A DNA stretch of 64,000 nucleotides from Candidatus Woesearchaeota archaeon (GTDB lineage: Archaea > Nanobdellota > Nanobdellia > Pacearchaeales > GW2011-AR1), in contig CAYOFN010000001.1 of the NCBI GenBank assembly GCA_964403535.1, forward strand, positions 2,003 to 66,002, given 5' to 3'. Positions 56,456 to 64,000 of the stretch are shown here, one piece after another; within the stretch, counting starts at the first letter, position 1, and every line of letters begins with the position of its first letter. Position numbers and translations under genes: made by a program. The notes beneath the pieces are model-generated. The model was not told the DNA's origin, did no database searches, and saw only the letters and a program-made list of their open reading frames with translations.

Positions 56456-58255
56456 TTATAAACTTATCGCAAATTCCCCTATTTCTCTTTTCAGTAATTC
56501 TAAGATTTTCTTGCTAATCTTACAGGACCTTTCTTTTTGCTGTTTTAATGCTTCTTCAAGCTCCTCCATATTTGCTTCCTCAATCTTATCTTTTATCTTG
56601 AAAATTTTCCCATCTTTAATCAAAAAAGCAGGATTAGTTAAAAAAAGCTCAGCTTTTTTCTCTCCATACTCAATTAAAACCTTATTTTTCTGCAATTCAG
56701 CTAATTCACATCTCTGCCCATAATCAATAAGGCTGTTAATTAAATGAGTTGCATCTTTTCTTATTGTCTCTGTCTCATTTTTATCTGGATTTTTCTTATT
56801 TTTATACCTTTTTTCAGCATCAACTAAATTATTCAGAACATGAATCAGCTTAGGTTCAGCTTTTCCTTTATTAACAAGCTCACCCTCAAAATCTTTTACA
56901 AGTTCTTTCTCAGACTTTTTTCCAAACAATCCCCTTAAAATCTTAAAAACCTCAGAATAAATCTGTTCAATTGTTGTTTTCTGAGCTCTTTTTTCAATAT
57001 CCACTCTTAGCTCTTTTAACCTCTTCATATAATCATTAGCATCACTCATCAACTCATCAACTTCTTTTCCAGAAACTTCATTAATTTTTTTATGTTCATA
57101 TCCCTTATAATACTTGATAACTATCTTCTCAAAAATATCAGTATACTTTTTCTCCAACATTTTTTCTTTTTCTACAAATATTCTTTTCATTTCTTTGACT
57201 GTTTCATAAGCATTAGGAGGAGGAATTCCATACAGCATGAGTAAAGCCTGGCTCGGAGTCATAACACTCCAGTAAATATCTCCCATTACAATATCAAGAA
57301 GTTTTCTTTTCACAATCTCCTGAGTTTTGTCTCCCATAGACATAAACATATCTATTGCTTCTGGAGAAGGTTTAATCTTTCCCATTTTAAGAAGCAATTT
57401 CCATGGAATAAATCCACCTCTATCATAAAGAGGAATTCCATCTCTAATAAAAGTAAAAATAACAGGATGAGCATCTTTTACAGACTCCCAGAACTCAGTA
57501 AGAAGATAAACCTGCACATTTAAAACATTTTTTACACCAGCCATATCTTCAGCCTGCATAATATACTGATAAATAATTCCTCTTAATTTTTCCTTTAATT
57601 CTATTCTTGGCATTCTCTTGACATCAGTATCATCAATAATAATAAAAATATCAACATCACTTGTTTTCTGAGCATCTCCTCTGACTAAACTTCCAGCAAT
57701 AACATAAGAGTAAATATACTTCTCAAATTTTCTGAGAACAAGGCTTTTATGAATCTCTGCTGCTCTTAACCCGCTTAACATTCCTTTATCATGCAAAGGA
57801 AAGCTCATTCCAATTGCTTCTACAATCTCAAATTTGCTGTCAAGGCAGTAATTCCATAAATCAATAGGAGTAATAATAGTCAGCCATACCTTTGGTTTCA
57901 TATCTTTTAAGTCTTTAATCAAATCAGCTCTTATCTTTCCAATTTCTTTAAAATTATCTTCAGGAATAAGCATAACCAGGTGAATTGGCTTTTCTTTTTT
58001 CTCTTCTTCAGTTAATTCCATCTCTTCATCAAACTTTTCAGCAGCTTGCGGAGGGATAATTCCCAAAGCCATAGTAAATCTGTATTTTGAAAGAATACTT
58101 TTCTTAACTTTTTCTAATTCAATCCTTGTTTTGTCCATCTCTTTTTTAACATCATCAGGAATATCACTTACTCCAGGAAGTTTTGGCTTTCCATCATAAC
58201 CAGTTCCAATATCAGGCAAACCAGTAGGATTTATCCCCATCATATTCTTATACAA
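56456..58255 (-). CDS. Nucleotidyltransferase (degenerate plus intact NTase domains) with HEPN-like domain
   Basis: IAGSLVRG....SDVDIFIIIDD; YWSVMTPSQALL...PPP. Confidence 0.8.
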   Translation of the reverse strand: MYKNMMGINPTGLPDIGTGYDGKPKLPGVSDIPDDVKKEMDKTRIELEKVKKSILSKYRFTMALGIIPPQAAEKFDEEMELTEEEKKEKPIHLVMLIPEDNFKEIGKIRADLIKDLKDMKPKVWLTIITPIDLWNYCLDSKFEIVEAIGMSFPLHDKGMLSGLRAAEIHKSLVLRKFEKYIYSYVIAGSLVRGDAQKTSDVDIFIIIDDTDVKRMPRIELKEKLRGIIYQYIMQAEDMAGVKNVLNVQVYLLTEFWESVKDAHPVIFTFIRDGIPLYDRGGFIPWKLLLKMGKIKPSPEAIDMFMSMGDKTQEIVKRKLLDIVMGDIYWSVMTPSQALLMLYGIPPPNAYETVKEMKRIFVEKEKMLEKKYTDIFEKIVIKYYKGYEHKKINEVSGKEVDELMSDANDYMKRLKELRVDIEKRAQKTTIEQIYSEVFKILRGLFGKKSEKELVKDFEGELVNKGKAEPKLIHVLNNLVDAEKRYKNKKNPDKNETETIRKDATHLINSLIDYGQRCELAELQKNKVLIEYGEKKAELFLTNPAFLIKDGKIFKIKDKIEEANMEELEEALKQQKERSCKISKKILELLKREIGEFAISL

Positions 58256-58285
58256 AAAAGTTACTATTTAAATCTTGTGAAAAAA

Positions 58286-58849
58286 TCAAGTTAAATTTGA
58301 ATTTTTAACAAAAACAGCAGAAGCAATCACTGTAGTCCAGAGTCCATCTTTATTTCCTTCAGCAGACTGGGTGATATTTGTCGTCCTGAAAATATGCCCG
58401 CTTGCTTTGTAAACTTGTTCTCTGTCTTCCCATGCCTGATTTGAATCAAACTCTACTCCAAGAGTTGTTGCTAACATTGTAGCTGCCAAATCTTCAGCAT
58501 ACTCCCCTGCTTTTTCTCCTTTTTCTCCATAAGCATGATGTTCTGAGAGATATCCATAATTGTTTGAGTCTTTGGGAATTGCAAGTCCTATTGAAGCAGA
58601 GATAAGTCTATTTGGTTCACTTGTATCATTTCTAGCCATAACACAAAAAGTTAGTTCTCCAGGAGAGAGTAATTTTAAACCTTCATCTTTCGAAATTGTT
58701 TTGCAATTTGGAGGAAAGATACTTGAAACCATAACAAGATTGCATTTTTCAATTCCAGCATTTCTCAAAGCTAATTCAAAAGAAGCAAGCTTATCTTTGT
58801 GAACTCCTACTCCTTTAGTAAAAAATACTTTTTCTGGCACCATTTTCAC
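58286..58849 (-). CDS. pdaD: Pyruvoyl-dependent arginine decarboxylase
   Basis: [22 protein letters not shown] self-cleavage site, YGYLSEHH. Confidence 0.94.
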   Translation of the reverse strand: MKMVPEKVFFTKGVGVHKDKLASFELALRNAGIEKCNLVMVSSIFPPNCKTISKDEGLKLLSPGELTFCVMARNDTSEPNRLISASIGLAIPKDSNNYGYLSEHHAYGEKGEKAGEYAEDLAATMLATTLGVEFDSNQAWEDREQVYKASGHIFRTTNITQSAEGNKDGLWTTVIASAVFVKNSNLT

Positions 58850-58855
58850 TTTTGA

Positions 58856-58928
58856 TGGACCGGGGAGGAATCGAACCTCCGATCTTCTCGGTGTAAACGA
58901 GATGTCGTAACCACTAGACTACCGGTCC
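58856..58928 (-). tRNA. tRNA-Val(UAC)
   Basis: GGACCGG/CCGGTCC acceptor stem, TCTCG-TT-TAC-AC-CGAGA, GGAGG-TTCGATT-CCTCC. Confidence 0.96.
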
Positions 58929-59030
58929 ATATTTCAAATAAAATACAGGTATTTTTAAATTCTACTATCTTTTTCATATTAGGGTTATAGTAAATTTTTT
59001 ATACTCATTTAATCAAATATCTTCAGAAAC

Positions 59031-59984
59031 ATGACAAGGGATTTAGTTCTTGAACAAGGAATAGTAAAGGAAGTTTTAGATGGAACTCCTAGGATTCCCT
59101 CTCCTTTGCCAGGAGATACAAGACTACCAACAAGTGTAGAAATTACAAGTATTACTTCTGAGCAATCCTCTTATGAATTCCTTGATGAATCTCAAGACAG
59201 AACTTTGCTTGATGAAGGAACTGCCCTGGCTCTGGCAGGGGTATGGGATTCTCAAAAGTATCTTAGAGAAAGAGGAGTGAAATTAAAAAACCCAGATGTC
59301 CAATTTAGAATTCCAAAAACTCTTGAAGATTTAGAAGAACCAAAATTAGACAGTATTGAATCTGATGAGAGGATAATTGCTCTTCCTGTAAAAGATTATA
59401 AGATAAAGAACTGGATAAAAGGAATTGCTTGTTTTGGTTCAACTATCAGAGGAGTAAATTTTAGGTTTGATAGAACAACTTCTCATGCTTCAAGAACAAG
59501 AAGGATAATTGGCCGATATGCGAATCAGCCTCTTTTGAGTCATAGAACTCCAATTGTGCTTAATTTAACCTTTCCTTTTAGAGTCCCTCAATATGCTACT
59601 CTTGCTTTTGAAGTTTTTTGTATTCAACTTGAACCCACAACCTCTAAAAGAGTATTATCTAAACTATCAGAAGGAGTACCTCCAAATTCAATTCCTTTAG
59701 AGCACTGGCATCATTTAAACAATCTTGAAGCATATGATGAAAGAGTAATTGCACAGTCAATTGCAAAATCCTGGTTATTTGATACTGCAAGAGATAGATT
59801 CACAGAACAGCAAATAAATGAATGGGTTCCCTATTCAGCTTTTCCTGAAATTTTAAAAAGAGCAACTGAAGTAGCAAGAGAACTTGGTCCTAGACAAACT
59901 ATTCAAGCTTATAAACTTAAAGCATGGCAGATGAATTTATTTTTAGACAGAACTCTTACTAAAAGATTAAGAGGTGAAGAATAA
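59031..59984 (+). CDS. Orphan hypothetical protein between two tRNA genes
   Basis: 317-aa ORF, no recognised motif. Confidence 0.7.
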   Translation: MTRDLVLEQGIVKEVLDGTPRIPSPLPGDTRLPTSVEITSITSEQSSYEFLDESQDRTLLDEGTALALAGVWDSQKYLRERGVKLKNPDVQFRIPKTLEDLEEPKLDSIESDERIIALPVKDYKIKNWIKGIACFGSTIRGVNFRFDRTTSHASRTRRIIGRYANQPLLSHRTPIVLNLTFPFRVPQYATLAFEVFCIQLEPTTSKRVLSKLSEGVPPNSIPLEHWHHLNNLEAYDERVIAQSIAKSWLFDTARDRFTEQQINEWVPYSAFPEILKRATEVARELGPRQTIQAYKLKAWQMNLFLDRTLTKRLRGEE

Positions 59985-60072
59985 ATCTTTTTAACTTCTT
60001 AATTAGCCTAAAAGAACAAGAATAAATCAAGAGTAATAAACTTTTTATATCCCTTCATACTTCATAAAACAT

Positions 60073-60213
60073 GCGCGGGTAGTATAGTGGTTAGTATATT
60101 TCGTTGCCAATAACAAACCTTTTTTCTAAAAAGGTTTCTTAGAGTTTCAAAAACTAAATTTGCTCTAAGTTAACAAAAACGAAGTGACCCGGGTTCAACT
60201 CCCGGCTCGCGCA
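60073..60213 (+). tRNA. tRNA-Gly(GCC) with a 69-nt intron at 37/38 (about 60110..60178)
   Basis: GCGCGGG/CTCGCGC acceptor stem, TTTCG-TT-GCC-A[intron]A-CGAAG, CCGGG-TTCAACT-CCCGG. Confidence 0.94.
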
Positions 60214-60269
60214 TTCCATTTCCCATCTTATTTAAAGTACTTAAATGAAATCCTCTCAGGCTCGCGCAT
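60204..60269 (+). repeat. 11-bp direct repeat of the tRNA-Gly 3' end (60204..60214 and 60259..60269)
   Basis: GGCTCGCGCAT occurs twice, 44 nt apart, GC-rich in an AT-rich context. Confidence 0.75.
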
Positions 60270-60270
60270 C

Positions 60271-61887
60271 TCATTCATATCCTTCCATTCCAGGAGGCAT
60301 TCCCCTAGTCATTCCTGAACCTGAAGATTTTCCAGAACTTAAAACATCATCAATTCTGAGAATCATCATCGCTACTTCTGAAGCAGAATCAATTATTTGA
60401 GTTTTTATTTTCAGTGGCTCAATAATCCCCTGTTTAAGAGAGTCTTCAACTTTTCCTGAAAAAATATTTATTCCAGCGTATTTTTCTCCAGCATCATGTC
60501 TTGCTTTTAACTCAGTTAAAACATCAATCGGGTCAAGTCCTGCATTTTCAGCTAAAGTAGCAGGAATAAACTCAAGTGCAGCTGCAAACTCTCCAACTGC
60601 AAGCTGTTCTCTTCCTGAAAGAGTATTTGAAAACTCTTTTAATCTTCTTGCTAATTCCATCTCAACTCCCCCAGCTCCTGCAACAACTCTGTTTTGCTTT
60701 AGAACAGCAGCAACATCTCCTAATCCATCTTTAATTGCCCTTTCCATCTCATCAACTACATGTTCTGTCCCTCCATGAATAAGTATAGAAACTGCTTTTG
60801 GATTACTGCATCCCCTGATATAAGTCATAGCATCCTCTCCCTCTCTAATCTCCTCTACAATCTGGGCACCTCCCAAATCATTTGTCTGAATCTCATTAAG
60901 ATTACTGATAATTTTTCCACTTGTAGCTCTTGCTAATTTTTCCATATCACTCTTTGCAACTCTTCTGCAAGAATAAATCCCAGATTTAGCAAGATAATAC
61001 TGAGCAATCTCATCTATTCCCTTTTGGCAGAACAAAACATTTGCCCCACTCTCTCTTATTTTCTCAACCATCTTTCTTAACATGCTCTCTTCTTGTTCAA
61101 TAAACCCTTGCAGTTGTTCTGGAGAAGTAATAGAAATTCTTGCTTCAGATTCTGGTTTTTTAATTTCTAAAGCTTCATCAATTAGTGCTATCTTTGCATT
61201 ACTTATTTTTTGAGGCATCTCCATTGAAACTTTTTCTTTATCAATAATAAGTCCCTGAATAATCTCTGTATCCTCTATTCCTCTTCCTGTTCTTTTTTCT
61301 ATTTTTATATCCTGTAGATTAATATTTCCCTGATGCTGAATTTGTTTAACTGCTCTTACAATAATCTCAGCAAACTTGTCCTTCACGGTCTCTGCACCCT
61401 TTCCAGTCATTGCAGTCTTAGCAATGCTTCTTAAGACATCTTCCTGTTCTGGAGCAATCACAATTGAAATTTCTTTTAATATTTCTTTGGCTTTTTCAGA
61501 AGCAAGTCTATACCCTTTTATAATCACAGTTGGATGAACTTTCTAGTCAAGTAGCTTTTCGGCATTTTCCAGCAATTTTCCTGCGAACATAACTGCAGTA
61601 GTAGTTCCATCTCCAACTTCTTTTTCCTGTGTCTTTGCAATCTCAACCATCATCTTAGCAGCAGGATGTTCAATCTCCATTTCCTCAAGAATAGTGACTC
61701 CATCATTAGTCACAACAATATCTCCTGTAGAACTAACAAGCATCTTATCCATTCCTTTAGGTCCGAGAGTAGTTTTGACTGTTTCTCCAACTAATCTTGC
61801 AGCCAGGATATTATTTCTCTGGGCGTCTCTTCCAATTGTTCTCTGAATATTTTCAGGCATTATAAAAATTGGTTGTCTATCTGTCAT
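60271..61887 (-). CDS. ths: Thermosome (group II chaperonin) subunit, interrupted by one in-frame TAG at 61543..61545
   Basis: [20 protein letters not shown]...[14 protein letters not shown] in a single frame, ILRIDD, GM-rich tail. Confidence 0.93.
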
Positions 61888-61896
61888 TTTTTAGTT

Positions 61897-62154
61897 TTAT
61901 GAATTTATACGTTTATATACTTCTTCTGCAATTTGATAATACACCATCAACCTTGCAAGTTCTAAGACTGAGGAAGAAAAATAACCACTTACTTTAGTTT
62001 TCCAGCCTAATTTATCTCCCTCTTCTTCAAGAAAATGATTAGTTCTTGCAACAAATCGTACAAATGAAGTTGGAACAAAGATAGCATCTAAAATTCTTTT
62101 TGTAAGTCCTTCTTTACTTTTCTCTCTTTGTTGGTTTGGTTGAACCTCAGTCAT
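61897..62154 (-). CDS. Orphan hypothetical protein upstream of the thermosome
   Basis: 85-aa ORF ending 9 nt before the ths start. Confidence 0.55.
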   Translation of the reverse strand: MTEVQPNQQREKSKEGLTKRILDAIFVPTSFVRFVARTNHFLEEEGDKLGWKTKVSGYFSSSVLELARLMVYYQIAEEVYKRINS

Positions 62155-62261
62155 ACTTTTGTATCTTTTTTCTGATTTTTAAGTATTGTTATGTTTGAGT
62201 GTATAGATAATGAAAAGGCTTATTTCATAAACCTTATATATTTACATGTCTTATCTTTATT

Positions 62262-62816
62262 ATGAAAACTGGCATTAAGGTGGGGGACATAATGACAAGA
62301 GATTTTGTCTCAGTAAACCCCTCAACTTCTGTTCTAAATTGTGCAAAAAAAATGATTAAAAAAAGAGTAGGCTCTTTAATTCTCGAGGAAAAAGGAATTC
62401 TTAAAGGAATAATCACAGAAGGAGATATTATCTGGGCTCTGACAAAAAAATCAAAAAAAGATTTAGATAGTATTGAAGCAAGTGAGATCGCTCCAAGAAA
62501 ACTTGCCACTATAAAACCCTCTGCAGATTTATATGATGCACTCCAAAAAATGAAAAAAACAAAGTATCGCTGGCTTCCTGTTACTTCTCAAAAAAAAGTA
62601 ATAGGATTTCTAACTATGAAGGATATTATCAAAATAGAACCAAGCTTATTTGAAATAGCAAGCGAATCTTTTCAGATAAAAGAAGAATCTGAAAAAAGAA
62701 AGAAAACCAAGCTTACAAGAATTAAAGAAGGAGTCTGTGAAGAGTGTGGTACTTTTGGAATTCTTTACAGAGAAAATGGGGAGCTTATCTGCGATTCCTG
62801 CAGAGATGCTATGTAA
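62262..62816 (+). CDS. CBS-domain pair protein with a C-terminal Zn ribbon
   Basis: VGDIMT, GIITEGDI, GFLT.KDI; CEECG...CDSC. Confidence 0.9.
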   Translation: MKTGIKVGDIMTRDFVSVNPSTSVLNCAKKMIKKRVGSLILEEKGILKGIITEGDIIWALTKKSKKDLDSIEASEIAPRKLATIKPSADLYDALQKMKKTKYRWLPVTSQKKVIGFLTMKDIIKIEPSLFEIASESFQIKEESEKRKKTKLTRIKEGVCEECGTFGILYRENGELICDSCRDAM

Positions 62817-63057
62817 TCCCCTTACTGATATTGTTAATTTAAAAGATAATAATCTATTCTAAATCTGCTAATTCTTCAATTTTGCTCAACCATAAACTGA
62901 GGCTATTAACTAATACTTTAATTAAGTCTGATAAAGATAACAATCTTTTAAGTTAGATTCAACACTTAAGATGGTGCTCCTCTCCAAGCAAAGTCAATAA
63001 TTCACACAAACTAAAAATATTTAAATACACCTTCTTTCTTATTCTAAAAGAGGAAAA

Positions 63058-63558
63058 ATGGTAGAAAAAGATAATGTATTTGCAACAAAGATTAAACAAT
63101 CAGGGATATTTGATTTTAAAGATTTCTATAGATTTGCATATGAATGGCTAGATGGAGAGGGATATGATGTTGCTGAGGGAAAATACTCTGAAAAAATAAG
63201 TCCTGGAGGAAAAGAAATAGAGATTGAGTGGGAAGCTAAAAGAAAAATTTCAGATTATTTCAGATTTGTAGCAAAAGTAAGGTGGCGTATAACTGGAATG
63301 AAAGATGTTGAAGTGCAAAAAAACGGAGAAAAAATCAACATGAACAAAGGAACAGTTGAGATTCGTTCTAAAGGAGTTCTTGAGAAAGATTATGAGCATA
63401 GATGGGAAGATAACCCTTTTCTTAAGTTTTTAAGAGGGGTTTACGATAGGTATATCATACGAGCAAGAATAGACCAGTATGAAACAAAATTAATTGAAGA
63501 AGTAGATGAATTTATTGGGCAGTGTAAGGCATTTTTAGCTATGGAAGCACAAAGATAA
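63058..63558 (+). CDS. Hypothetical protein
   Basis: 166-aa ORF with GAGG site and TATA-like box upstream. Confidence 0.8.
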   Translation: MVEKDNVFATKIKQSGIFDFKDFYRFAYEWLDGEGYDVAEGKYSEKISPGGKEIEIEWEAKRKISDYFRFVAKVRWRITGMKDVEVQKNGEKINMNKGTVEIRSKGVLEKDYEHRWEDNPFLKFLRGVYDRYIIRARIDQYETKLIEEVDEFIGQCKAFLAMEAQR

Positions 63559-63623
63559 TCATTTAATTTGATAGTGTAATATACCACAGAAATCTTTATA
63601 TATCTCTTAAAAATAAGCTTCAT

Positions 63624-64000
63624 ATGAAAGGAAAAAAGGGAATTATTTTTGTTTTAGCATCTTTTTTACTGCTCTTAAACCTTGTTTCAGCTATAAATCT
63701 AGATATAACTAAGAATACTCTCTCTAATTCAGTTATAACTAATCTAAATCAACCTGCAAAATTTGAACTTGTTATAACTAATCGTGCAGAGGGAAGTAAT
63801 TTTCAGATTTACTCATTAGTTGGAGTAGATATTTCTCCAACAGGTTCAGTGTATATAAGCCAAGATGAGACCAAAAAAGTCACTATTGAGGTTCTTCCAC
63901 AGGACTCAATAAAAAAGAACCTTGGTTTTTACACTTTTGAGTATAAAATAAGAGATGCTAAAGGAGAAGTGCAGTCTGACATGCTGACAATAAACATACT
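63624..64000 (+). CDS. Secreted beta-rich surface protein, runs off the right edge
   Basis: Manual translation MKGKKGIIFVLASFLLLLNLVSA|INLDITK...; open to the window end. Confidence 0.8.
   Translation, partial: MKGKKGIIFVLASFLLLLNLVSAINLDITKNTLSNSVITNLNQPAKFELVITNRAEGSNFQIYSLVGVDISPTGSVYISQDETKKVTIEVLPQDSIKKNLGFYTFEYKIRDAKGEVQSDMLTINI

Noticed and set aside
61543..61545. Genome-wide TAG reassignment (to Gln or pyrrolysine)
   Set aside because: TAG ends many genes at their expected C-termini here (mscS, trxA, dut, trpS, uL16), and I noticed no other internal TAG.

Overview
AT-rich archaeal chromosome segment. Gene content points to a DPANN archaeon, most likely Pacearchaeota/Woesearchaeota-like (inference from fused rpoB with rpoH, eL33, uL16, thermosome, intron-containing tRNAs, class III signal-peptide pilins and many orphan genes). 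It holds: (1) a deoxynucleotide cluster, nrdR-nrdD-nrdG-dut followed by trx and divergent from tmk, with two NrdR boxes at canonical spacing and an NrdD fused to a CxxC redoxin domain; (2) an apparently ArsR-controlled Fe-S operon (arsR-iscS-[unannotated 30-aa, 10-Cys metallothionein-like peptide]-DUF1858-diadenylate cyclase-iscU-PCD-gdh); (3) a type IV pilus locus whose last pilin converges on a twin-arginine lipoprotein lytic transglycosylase carrying peptidoglycan-binding domains, which suggests an apparatus for attaching to and cutting bacterial cell walls; (4) housekeeping genes with odd architectures (chimeric ThrRS, GluRS lacking its anticodon domain, MTAP-APRT fusion, two related nucleotidyltransferase-HEPN proteins); (5) three tRNAs, two with introns, and a RelE-type toxin-antitoxin pair. 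A frameshifted KaiC-like ATPase, an in-frame TAG in the thermosome and an exact 80-bp duplication may be assembly errors. No CRISPR array, rRNA or transposase was seen. All calls come from reading motifs by eye; no searches were run.
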